64,000 nucleotides of DNA from a virus. A program made the position numbers and the translations under genes. Positions 1-7,950 of the stretch are shown piece by piece (position 1 is the stretch's first letter; each line of letters starts with the position of its first letter). A model generated the notes under the pieces. That model did no database searches, was not told the DNA's origin, and saw only the letters and a list, made by a program, of their open reading frames with translations. The stretch lies in IMG/VR virus record IMGVR_UViG_3300045988_098456; one strand, written 5' to 3'.

Positions 1-11
1 TCATTTACTTT

Positions 12-263
12 ATGGTTTATATTTTTCCAATGGTTTTGATATTGGCGAGCCGATTCTTCTTCCTATGTTGGAGATACAGAATACCATTCTTCTATTTCTT
101 TGGTGTGAATGCGGCTCACATTGTAGAATGGAGTTGGTACACAACCAATGACATGATAGATTTCTGCTTTACAGTTATGGTAGTTACGGCAATATTCTAT
201 CTGTACTCTTTTGTGGATTTGTTTATCAGCAGAACTAGATTAGGACGTAAAATATTCGCATAA
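12..263 (+). CDS. hypothetical small hydrophobic protein (weak call)
   Basis: 83-aa ORF at the window edge, rich in aromatic and hydrophobic residues. No promoter seen. May be spurious. Confidence 0.2.
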   Translation: MVYIFPMVLILASRFFFLCWRYRIPFFYFFGVNAAHIVEWSWYTTNDMIDFCFTVMVVTAIFYLYSFVDLFISRTRLGRKIFA

Positions 264-302
264 AAGCGATTTTTGAGAATTTTTCGTAAAAACAAATGTA
301 AT

Positions 303-641
303 ATGGCTAAGATATTGAATTATAAGATACTCGGTACGGCTCTAAAGTCACTAAGCGATGCTTGCTTTAAAGCAGACGAGCAACAGAGAAATGGTGAAAA
401 GGTCACCGCTTGCGGAATGAGTGATGATGATTTGGATAGATTGTGTGACATCATTCCAAATATGCTCAATCCGATGATGAGCACAGAGGAAGTTAAGGAA
501 AAGCTTCACGTTTCTGATGCTACCTTAAACAGAATGGTTGCTAGAGGTGACATTCCGAATGGAGAATGCAAGAAGCGAGGGCATACCCGATATTTTAAGA
601 AGTGGGATATTCTGCACTTCATAAAGAGCAAGAGAAAATAA
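303..641 (+). CDS. excisionase/MerR-type HTH DNA-binding protein
   Basis: ORF track 273..641, first ATG at 303. The C-terminal segment LHVSDATLNRMVARGDIP...RYFKKWDILHF resembles an HTH_17/excisionase-type helix-turn-helix. Confidence 0.45.
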   Translation: MAKILNYKILGTALKSLSDACFKADEQQRNGEKVTACGMSDDDLDRLCDIIPNMLNPMMSTEEVKEKLHVSDATLNRMVARGDIPNGECKKRGHTRYFKKWDILHFIKSKRK

Positions 642-776
642 TAGTTGAACATGTAAGTGTTCCTTACAAGTTGAGTAAGAGAGGTAAGTGATTGCCTCTC
701 TTTTTTTGTTTCAGTTTTCGTGAGTGACTGTTGCAATTTTTGCAACTGTCACTCTGACTTCCCCTTTTTTTTGTTT

Positions 777-1286
777 TTACATTTTCAAAAAGTCTTCTAT
801 ATCTATGTACTCAATACCGAAATTCTCCGCACATTGTTTGTCGGAGTCCGAGAAGTCACCTTCTTTTCCGCTAGCATCACCTATCATTATCAGCTCACTT
901 TTCTTCCAAGAAGAATACGACTCAAGCATTCCTGTATTTGGCTTTCTCATTCCTATCTCTGCATGCGATGGGCAATACATAGAGTTGACGAAGATATTTC
1001 GTCCGGTATGATTGCGAAGATATTTTTGCATAAAGCTTTCAATAGCCTTTATCTTTCCGATGAAATCCTGTTCGTCAACAAATTGAGGGATTCCTCCTTG
1101 GTTTGAGACTATTTCCACATAGTAAAGAGTAGGGAATGCATCTACAATCTTATCCAAAACCTCTTTACGGATTTTGAAATCTGTTACATCTGTAGGAAAG
1201 GTGTTTCCTGATATAGTTGTAATAATCGTGTCGTCTAAATCAATGAATAATACTTTTTTCTTGATTAAATATCCTTTTTCTGTCAT
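777..1286 (-). CDS. HAD-superfamily polynucleotide 3'-phosphatase (PNK3P-like)
   Basis: 169 aa. DxDxT motif FIDLDDTI, SNQGGI motif II, RKPNTGM, and GDASGKEGDFSDSDKQCAENFGIEYIDIEDF match the PNK3P/HAD-IIIA pattern. Confidence 0.65.
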   Translation of the reverse strand: MTEKGYLIKKKVLFIDLDDTIITTISGNTFPTDVTDFKIRKEVLDKIVDAFPTLYYVEIVSNQGGIPQFVDEQDFIGKIKAIESFMQKYLRNHTGRNIFVNSMYCPSHAEIGMRKPNTGMLESYSSWKKSELIMIGDASGKEGDFSDSDKQCAENFGIEYIDIEDFLKM

Positions 1287-1339
1287 AATTTTGCTTTTTT
1301 CTATATTGATATATTAATATCTTTATCTACGAAAATTAA

Positions 1340-1440
1340 GTTTGTAAAACACAGTTGTTCCGGTGTGTCTCACCATTTTTATTACAATGCAAAGATACGA
1401 CAAAAAAGATGGCCTTGCAAATAAATTAATGCAAATTTTA
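1340..1440 (-). repeat. promoter-leader module, shortened minus-strand copy
   Basis: The reverse complement reads ...ttgcaaggcc..gtcgTATCTTTGcattgtaat..aatGGTGAGACACACCggaacaactg. The -7 box is at 1390..1397 and the GGTGAGACACACC box at 1362..1374. It sits upstream of the 777..1286 gene. Confidence 0.6.
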
Positions 1441-1445
1441 AAACG

Positions 1446-1790
1446 TTATCTGTTTTTAATGAAATCATTAACAATTCTCTCTATGGTGTCTTGCTTGATA
1501 GCTATAGGGGCATCACCTTGATATTCTATCACTTGGTTGCCGCATTCCTTCCAAAATAGGTTGCTATTGATGCGTTCGCCATCTACCAAGATCCAATCCG
1601 GATGATGTTCAAACGAATGCATATTAGTTAGCGGAACGAAAATGAATAATTTATTCTCCATCTTGTTTACGAGTACCGACAAGTCATTATCATCAAATGT
1701 AATGATAACTCGATTTTCATTCTCAGATAGAACGTTAAAATCCTCATTAAAACGTTCATAAAGGTAATTTTTGATTTTCGAACAACTCAT
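1446..1790 (-). CDS. hypothetical protein (paralog of 32185..32481)
   Basis: 114 aa. Shares the motif VPLT..H.F......VDGE.I.S..F with the plus-strand ORF at 32185..32481. Confidence 0.55.
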   Translation of the reverse strand: MSCSKIKNYLYERFNEDFNVLSENENRVIITFDDNDLSVLVNKMENKLFIFVPLTNMHSFEHHPDWILVDGERINSNLFWKECGNQVIEYQGDAPIAIKQDTIERIVNDFIKNR

Positions 1791-1866
1791 ATTCTTGTAA
1801 TTTTATAGGAGGGCAGATGGAAAAATCCAAGGTCTGCCCACCAAGTTAAACTTATAAGGAAATCTT

Positions 1867-2235
1867 CTATAATATCGACTGACAGAGCCATCCCATAAGA
1901 TAGCATGGTTCTTCGCCTTGCATATCTATTCCCAGATGGTTGCATATATGTGCTACTACATGAAACATTTCATGTGTGAAACTATTTATATACTCACCTT
2001 CAGAAGTAGATTTGCAAATGAGCACAACACTTGTTTTCTTTGAAACATTTGTGTATGTCAATCCTTTGTTTGAAGAATCGGTTGAAATGTGGTCGTATGC
2101 ATCCAATAATGGTTGCCCCTTACAATCAATGGAACTTAGTAAGTCCATAGCTTCGTCAACCTCTTCTTGATTAGCTACATGACATACAATCACATTCCAA
2201 TCGTATTTCTCCAAGTAAATTTCTTGTTTAATCAT
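1867..2235 (-). CDS. small HExxH (zinc metallopeptidase-like) protein
   Basis: 122 aa with THEMFHVVAH. Overlaps the upstream gene by 4 nt. Paralogous to the truncated ORF at 63718..64000 (CHEASHACD). Confidence 0.5.
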   Translation of the reverse strand: MIKQEIYLEKYDWNVIVCHVANQEEVDEAMDLLSSIDCKGQPLLDAYDHISTDSSNKGLTYTNVSKKTSVVLICKSTSEGEYINSFTHEMFHVVAHICNHLGIDMQGEEPCYLMGWLCQSIL

Positions 2236-2660
2236 AATACATCATCCCATGGAATGCCGATACCATTATGGTTGCAATCGGCATAAAATCTATTAAAAAT
2301 AAATCCGTCCGCTTGGTCTGGGTCATCCACCATATCCTTAATGAATTGAGCCAAAGCAGCTTCGTCCTTTAAAGAGGACTTAAAGAAATCGGCTCTAGCC
2401 ATGTTTGCGACATAGACGAAATCGTAATTGTCGGCATTCTCCAACTTTACGTTATTGACTTTAAGAAGTTCCTCGACTGTATCTTTTTCTGTCGGTTCAA
2501 CTTTTTCGAGCTTACCAGTCGTTGCGTTTGTCTTGCGAATTAAGGTAATAGCCCAATCGCACATCTTTTTATTGAAGTGCCAGCCATTGTAGCGAAGGTA
2601 TGCAATCATCCCTTCAGGCTTCATATCGTATGCGTCAAGTGGTATTTTGTATCTTCCCAT
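2232..2660 (-). CDS. hypothetical protein
   Basis: 142-aa ORF in the minus-strand operon. Its stop region overlaps the start of the downstream gene. Confidence 0.55.
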   Translation of the reverse strand: MGRYKIPLDAYDMKPEGMIAYLRYNGWHFNKKMCDWAITLIRKTNATTGKLEKVEPTEKDTVEELLKVNNVKLENADNYDFVYVANMARADFFKSSLKDEAALAQFIKDMVDDPDQADGFIFNRFYADCNHNGIGIPWDDVL

Positions 2661-2712
2661 AATAAAAGCTTTTAAAGGAGGTGGAGATTTCTCCCCACCT
2701 CAAAGTGTAATA

Positions 2713-2952
2713 CTAATAGCGATAACCGCCACCTCTGCGACCACCATGTCTTTCACCATAGCGGTCATCATCGTCATCATCCCAATTGTCTCGGTAATCC
2801 GGCATTGGGCTTCTGTGACCCATTCGTCCATACTTGTCATCCCCCATTTCATCAATGCAGTGCATGAGTTTACCACCATACTTAAGCATCTTCTCTACAA
2901 GTTCCGACATTTCATTTACCTTGTTTTCGGTAATTTCTATCATGTATCCCAT
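2713..2952 (-). CDS. hypothetical protein with acidic and Gly/Arg-rich tail
   Basis: 79 aa. The C-terminus reads DNWDDDDDDRYGERHGGRRGGGYRY. Confidence 0.45.
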   Translation of the reverse strand: MGYMIEITENKVNEMSELVEKMLKYGGKLMHCIDEMGDDKYGRMGHRSPMPDYRDNWDDDDDDRYGERHGGRRGGGYRY

Positions 2953-2958
2953 AATGAT

Positions 2959-3477
2959 TTACTTTTTTGTATTAACTTTTTCCAAAGCCACTGACAACAT
3001 AGACTTAATATCGGTCAAAGTTCCCTTCATTCCGCTAACCTCGCTTTTGAGATTATTGATGTCTTCTTCCTGTTGTCTGTCTTTGGCTATTTGTGGATTC
3101 AATACGGCACGCATCTTTGCGCACTCTTCCATAACCTTTTTGTGGTATGGCTCGCTTTCCACAATCTCCTTAGAATGCCGATACATAGCCTCAACTTCCG
3201 CATCCATAGCTTCACGGCTTTCAGAAACCACGAGGTTTTCCGAATTTGCAATTTGCATATTGGATGGGAGTTGTTTGAACTCCATTTGTTCATTAGGCAA
3301 TTTTACGACAACATCAACGGTAGTCTCCATTGGTTGTGGGTTGAATTGCCCAGGAGTATATGTCGGGAACTTAGGTTGTGGGTTACTGACCGACACAACC
3401 TGTCCGATTTTAAGACTTGGGTTTTCACCCTTGTCAAGCACATAAAATATGCTGTTAGGTCGAAGTCCTTGAAACAT
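2959..3477 (-). CDS. hypothetical protein (possible virion or scaffold-like, coiled-coil C-terminus)
   Basis: 172-aa ORF tightly spaced with its neighbours on the minus strand. Confidence 0.5.
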   Translation of the reverse strand: MFQGLRPNSIFYVLDKGENPSLKIGQVVSVSNPQPKFPTYTPGQFNPQPMETTVDVVVKLPNEQMEFKQLPSNMQIANSENLVVSESREAMDAEVEAMYRHSKEIVESEPYHKKVMEECAKMRAVLNPQIAKDRQQEEDINNLKSEVSGMKGTLTDIKSMLSVALEKVNTKK

Positions 3478-3496
3478 AGCTTTGTAATGTTAATTG

Positions 3497-3841
3497 TTAA
3501 ACAATACCCGTCATTAGCTGAAGGGTGTTAGTATCTCGCTCGAACCAAAACTGATAAACTCCAGTTCCTGCAATGTCGGCTACCGTCAAAGGATTGCCGT
3601 TGAACTTAGTTACAGCTTGGGTTACGCCATTGGTCTCGAAAAGGATTGGCAGCGTATTTGTCGTACCAGTCGGAATAGCTTGATGTAGGTTCACAAAGAT
3701 AGTTCCCCTATAGTTAGCATTCACGAAGGCGTGGTTTCTGAACGAGAAAACGACATTTTCGGTGTTCACCACCACGCCTGTAGATGCGATAGCTGCCGAG
3801 CCGTTACGATTAACCCATGCAAAAGGTCTCATCCATAACAT
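3497..3841 (-). CDS. hypothetical beta-rich protein
   Basis: 114-aa ORF, 18 nt downstream of the 3860..4846 gene. Confidence 0.5.
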   Translation of the reverse strand: MLWMRPFAWVNRNGSAAIASTGVVVNTENVVFSFRNHAFVNANYRGTIFVNLHQAIPTGTTNTLPILFETNGVTQAVTKFNGNPLTVADIAGTGVYQFWFERDTNTLQLMTGIV

Positions 3842-3859
3842 AGCAGCCTCCTTTCCTAA

Positions 3860-4846
3860 TTAACCCCAAAAGCTTGCATTGTTGACACCATTAAGACCAT
3901 ATAAGCCTGTTTGCCAAGCAACGCAATTTGGAACAGCAGTAAATGGACTGTAGCTGGTTGTAACAGTTGATGGAAGCTTACACTTGATACCATCTACCTC
4001 TTTTTGCAAGCCAGCCAACATAGCGTTGACAGGTGCTATAGCTTGACCTACAATCTGCGAAGTCATGGCAGAAGACTTATAAGTTCCATTCTCTTCACGA
4101 AGATGGTCTATCTTGTCTTGCATATCTCTGAGTTCTGCTTGGCGTTGGCCATTAACTACGGTCTGAGTACTATCTTTAATAGCATTCAAAATGTCGCATG
4201 TCTGACCCTTGGTTTCGAAAGCAACATTAGAAAAACCTCGTTCCTGACTTACGGCTACATTGTTGATGGCATTCTGCAAAGTGCCAGTCTGCTGACACAT
4301 AGCCAACTTGACGTTTCCGTCCATAGCCGTAATATTGTTATTTACACGGCAGCAGCAATCAGCGAGTTGTGATGCAATCTGCATGTTACCTTGCTGAAGA
4401 GCGTTGATGGTTTGCATTCCGCTCATGCCTACTTGGTTGCCCACGTTCTGAACTTGGGTTGTCAAGGCAGAGATTGCTTGTTGAATCTGTCCTTCAGTGC
4501 AATTGAGCTGAGTAGCGAGATTACTGAGTGCATTACGATTGCCACCGATAGCATCCATAAGCAAGGAACGACCATAGTCATTGTTGATTTCATTGGCAAG
4601 ACCTGCGCCATTGCCACGACCACCAAAGCCGAAGCCATTACCGCCCCAACCACAGAAGCAAAGGATAAAGAGCAGCCAAATGAACCAAGAACCATCGCCA
4701 TTGCCGAATCCGTTATTACCCTTCATCGCAAGAAGGACGTTTGGGTCAACGCCTCTCTGTTGGAGCAAAGGAGCTATTAAGCTCATCATTCCTCCATTGT
4801 TACCTGAACCCTCTGGATTAAAAACATAAGTTTTTGATGTCTCCAT
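3860..4846 (-). CDS. hypothetical Gly/Asn/Gln-rich membrane-anchored protein
   Basis: 328 aa. Gly-rich N-terminus flanks one hydrophobic segment (WFIWLLFILCFCGWGG), followed by a Q/N-rich helical region and a CCC motif. Confidence 0.55.
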   Translation of the reverse strand: METSKTYVFNPEGSGNNGGMMSLIAPLLQQRGVDPNVLLAMKGNNGFGNGDGSWFIWLLFILCFCGWGGNGFGFGGRGNGAGLANEINNDYGRSLLMDAIGGNRNALSNLATQLNCTEGQIQQAISALTTQVQNVGNQVGMSGMQTINALQQGNMQIASQLADCCCRVNNNITAMDGNVKLAMCQQTGTLQNAINNVAVSQERGFSNVAFETKGQTCDILNAIKDSTQTVVNGQRQAELRDMQDKIDHLREENGTYKSSAMTSQIVGQAIAPVNAMLAGLQKEVDGIKCKLPSTVTTSYSPFTAVPNCVAWQTGLYGLNGVNNASFWG

Positions 4847-4905
4847 AAGAATAATCTTTTTGTGTTAAACCTTAATTAAACTAACTCTATGTAACGTTAC
4901 GGCTG

Positions 4906-4913
4906 CAAAGTTA
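4906..4913 (-). promoter_or_regulatory. Bacteroidota-type -7 box (TAACTTTG on minus strand)
   Basis: caaagtta lies 60 nt upstream of the 3860..4846 start, in a 240-nt ORF-free gap. Confidence 0.5.
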
Positions 4914-5087
4914 CGAATAATAAGGATAAGATAAGATAACTCTATCAAACTTTCTTTTAATCACTAATAATCAAGTAGTTAAGGTGATAGGAGGTAATGT
5001 CATACTTCCGGATGCATGAAATCAAATGCTTGTTTGCAAATTCCGTTTGCAGAAAACGAAAAATGCAAACGGAACTGCAAACGGAAA

Positions 5088-5705
5088 TTAAGCACGCACA
5101 AACTTGAAACCAAATTTTTCAGTATAGTATTCCTCTTTAGGGTGTCTTTTTGTCTCGGAGTCATAGCAGAGAATAAACGGCTCACCCTTAGAGTAGAAAT
5201 AGTTATAAGACTTTCGCAAATACATCTTTGCATTCAAAGCCTTTGGGGAGAGCTTTCTTATTCTTAACCTAGTTTCTTGAGGCTTACCCGACAACACTCT
5301 AAGTTCATCCATTTTATATTGCATATGCAGCTTTCTGCCTTTACTAGCATACTTTTCTTTATTCCAATATCTTCTCAAAGACCTGTTACGCTCTTTACGA
5401 ATCCTATTTATCGTTTCTACATCGTGTTTCAAGCCAAGCTTACTGACTTGTCCTAATATTGTAGACTGAGGAATATTCGTTACTTCTGAGATTTCTCTCG
5501 CTGTCATCGTTTTGTACATGTCGGAGATTTTGCGGATAGTCTCATTATTCAATTTATTGTCTATTTTCGTACCACCTAAAATAGTGATATACTTGTATAA
5601 TGTATGTAAGGTTACACCAGCAGCCTTGGCTACTTCCTTTCGTGGGTAGTCATTGATGTGGACTTTGATATAGTCCATCTGTTCTTGTGTTAATCTTCTT
5701 GGCAT
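5088..5705 (-). CDS. double-HTH DNA-binding protein, tandem paralog 2
   Basis: 205 aa. HTH-like segments EVAKAAGVTLHTLYKYI and AREISEVTNIPQSTILGQVSKLGL. C-terminal GEPFILCYDSETKR..EEYYTEKFGFKF is shared with 5690..6331. Confidence 0.55.
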   Translation of the reverse strand: MPRRLTQEQMDYIKVHINDYPRKEVAKAAGVTLHTLYKYITILGGTKIDNKLNNETIRKISDMYKTMTAREISEVTNIPQSTILGQVSKLGLKHDVETINRIRKERNRSLRRYWNKEKYASKGRKLHMQYKMDELRVLSGKPQETRLRIRKLSPKALNAKMYLRKSYNYFYSKGEPFILCYDSETKRHPKEEYYTEKFGFKFVRA

Positions 5706-6331
5706 TCTTCGTCCTCCTCAAAAGAAAATCCGTATTTGTTCTTGTAGAATTCTTCATCCATTCTGCGAGTATTCCGGTCATAACCTAAGATGTATGGTTC
5801 ACCTTCAAACGCAAAATACCCATACTTATTTATAAGATGGTACTTGGCATGATATGATTTTATCGGCATTTCTGAAAATTTGAATTTCGTCTGCTGCGGA
5901 ATACAAGATATAACTCGGAATTTCTCCATCTGTATAGTTCTTTTCCAGCTTTTCACCCTTTTGCCAATAGTTGCTTTATCATATGCTTTTTTTAAGTTAG
6001 CCAAACTATTCTTTTTAAGTCTTTCGATAGTTTCTTCTGAATGAGTAAGCTTTAGCCTTTTAGCAGCCTTGCCTACAGTAGACGGATGGCAACCTACAAT
6101 TACTGCAATCTCTCTGACCGAATGGTCAGGATATAGTTTTGTGATTTGTTCATCACGTTTCTTGTCGGGTTGTGGAACAAGTCTTTTTTGCTCGAACTTA
6201 CAATCGCATTCGTGCATTATTTTATACAAGAATTTAACGCTGACACCCATTCTTTCAGCCAACTTGTACCTTGGACGCTCATTAATATGAGCTTTGATGT
6301 AATCTATTGTTTCCTGTTCTATAATTCTCAT
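5690..6331 (-). CDS. double-HTH DNA-binding protein, tandem paralog 1
   Basis: 213 aa with the same architecture (..DYIKAHINERPR..., REIAVIVGCHPSTVGKAAKRLKL, GEPYILGYDRNTRR..EEFYKNKYGFSF). Overlaps paralog 2 by 16 nt. Confidence 0.55.
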   Translation of the reverse strand: MRIIEQETIDYIKAHINERPRYKLAERMGVSVKFLYKIMHECDCKFEQKRLVPQPDKKRDEQITKLYPDHSVREIAVIVGCHPSTVGKAAKRLKLTHSEETIERLKKNSLANLKKAYDKATIGKRVKSWKRTIQMEKFRVISCIPQQTKFKFSEMPIKSYHAKYHLINKYGYFAFEGEPYILGYDRNTRRMDEEFYKNKYGFSFEEDEECQED

Positions 6332-6368
6332 GTATATTCAGTTTTATGGTGTGACTCACCTTTTTCTG

Positions 6369-6376
6369 CAAAGTTA
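6369..6376 (-). promoter_or_regulatory. Bacteroidota-type -7 box (TAACTTTG on minus strand)
   Basis: caaagtta lies 38 nt upstream of the 5690..6331 start. It diverges from the plus-strand lysis promoter. Confidence 0.5.
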
Positions 6377-6509
6377 AGGAAAAATTCTTGGTTGAGCAAA
6401 TGATTTAGTTTGTTATAACTTTGTTTAAAGAAATATTTGATTATTTGCACAATAATTAATTGTGTAGTTATCCGGTTAGACTGTTTACACATTATTATAT
6501 ATAAATTGC

Positions 6510-6517
6510 TATCTTTG
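6510..6517 (+). promoter_or_regulatory. Bacteroidota-type -7 box (TATCTTTG)
   Basis: tatctttg lies 19 nt upstream of the ATG at 6536. Confidence 0.55.
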
Positions 6518-6535
6518 CAACAAAAACACGAGAAA

Positions 6536-6964
6536 ATGACAGCGGAAACTATTCAATTGATACAGACAGGAATTAATCTTCTTTGTGCGTCAGGTGTAAT
6601 CTCTACGCTGCTATATTATAATAGTAGAAAACGAAAGGAGGCTGCACTCGCATCACAGGAAGAGAATAAGACGATTTCATCGTATGCCGATGAGTGGAAG
6701 GCTCTCTATGAACGTTCCAACGAGTCGGTCGTTAATCTTAATAGTAAAGTAGATGAATTGTATGAAGAAATCAACCAATACAGAATTACGATACGCAATC
6801 TTAGGGACGAGAAGAACGATTTGAAGCTTGTCTTGCATGAGGCACAATGGAATAGATGCATCAAGGATGGATGTCAACTTAGAACACCACCAAGAAAACG
6901 AGATTCTTTAGAAGCATTTGTTGAAAAAGAAGAGAGTGCGATATATCTTGATAGGGAGGATTAA
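6536..6964 (+). CDS. N-terminal TM plus coiled-coil protein (i-spanin-like or lysis accessory)
   Basis: The ORF-track start 6437 overlaps the promoter, so ATG 6536 gives MTAETIQLIQTGINLLCASGVISTLLYY (TM) followed by a heptad-like charged region. First gene of the lysis cassette. Confidence 0.5.
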   Translation: MTAETIQLIQTGINLLCASGVISTLLYYNSRKRKEAALASQEENKTISSYADEWKALYERSNESVVNLNSKVDELYEEINQYRITIRNLRDEKNDLKLVLHEAQWNRCIKDGCQLRTPPRKRDSLEAFVEKEESAIYLDRED

Positions 6965-6967
6965 GTT

Positions 6968-7237
6968 ATGATAAAGTATCTGAAATTACTCATACAAGTT
7001 AATAGCGGACATTCAAGCAAGGCATTCTTTTTAGTGTCCGTTACTTTGATAGGTTTCTTGATGCTCCTGGTTGTTTGCTTTATCTTAGTGTGGGAAGTGG
7101 TAACTTATGGGACTATCAAGACCGATTTGATGGGGTTAAGTGCATTTGTTGGTAGTGTGGCTAGTTTGTTCGTCACGGCTGGCATTACCAAGACTATAGG
7201 GGAACGTGGCGAACATCAATGCGAAAACGATAAATAG
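6968..7237 (+). CDS. holin-like protein (two TM segments, charged C-terminus)
   Basis: 89 aa. Hydrophobic segments FFLVSVTLIGFLMLLVVCFILVW and LSAFVGSVASLFVTAGI, with tail GERGEHQCENDK. Lies directly upstream of the endolysin. Confidence 0.6.
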   Translation: MIKYLKLLIQVNSGHSSKAFFLVSVTLIGFLMLLVVCFILVWEVVTYGTIKTDLMGLSAFVGSVASLFVTAGITKTIGERGEHQCENDK

Positions 7238-7240
7238 ACT

Positions 7241-7789
7241 ATGGCAGATTCAAGTATTTTAAAACCATTCATTCTCTCATTCGAGGGTGGATATTCTAAC
7301 AAAAAGAGTGACAGGGGAGGCGCAACAATGAAAGGCGTGACTCTAGAGACGTTCCGTAAAGTTTATGGTGCTAGTAAAACCGCATCGGACTTGAAGAAGA
7401 TAACCGATGAACAATGGCATCACATATTCAAGAAATATTATTGGGATGCTTGCAAGGCTGACCAAATCAACAACCAGTCTGTGGCTAATCTCTTGGTTGA
7501 CTTTGCTTATAATAGTGGAGTAAGCAGAGCCGTACAAAAGATTCAAACTATCGTAGGAACAAAAGCTGATGGCATCATGGGTAATATGACCTTAGCTGCT
7601 ATCAATTCATACAAACAAGGTCAATGGGCGTTGTTCGATAAGCTGAAGGTGTCACGAATTGCCTTTCTCAATGCGATTGTGAACAATGACCCAAAGCAAA
7701 GTGTGAACCTGCATGGATGGCTTCGCAGGGTTGGAAATATACAATACGGAAAGCTCGTATGTAATAACGGAAAGACAATCACTTGGTAA
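7241..7789 (+). CDS. endolysin, GH108 N-acetylmuramidase with PG_binding_3-type C-terminal domain
   Basis: 182 aa. FILSFEGGYSNKKSDRGGATMKGVTL matches the GH108 EGGY..D.GG.T..G signature. C-terminal part is WLRRV-like. Confidence 0.75.
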   Translation: MADSSILKPFILSFEGGYSNKKSDRGGATMKGVTLETFRKVYGASKTASDLKKITDEQWHHIFKKYYWDACKADQINNQSVANLLVDFAYNSGVSRAVQKIQTIVGTKADGIMGNMTLAAINSYKQGQWALFDKLKVSRIAFLNAIVNNDPKQSVNLHGWLRRVGNIQYGKLVCNNGKTITW

Positions 7790-7922
7790 TCTTACGAGTC
7801 ACAGGCTCAACTAAAGCATTAGTAAGACCATCATTCTTAATTGGGTGGTGGTTTTTTCTTCACTTTTGAAATTTTGAAAAAGAAAGAATGGGCGAAGAAA
7901 TCGTTCCTTTTGGTTTTATTTG

Positions 7923-7930
7923 TACCTTTG
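7923..7930 (+). promoter_or_regulatory. Bacteroidota-type -7 box (TACCTTTG)
   Basis: tacctttg lies 21 nt upstream of ATG 7951. Confidence 0.45.
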
Positions 7931-7950
7931 CACTCAAAAAGGAGGTTGAT

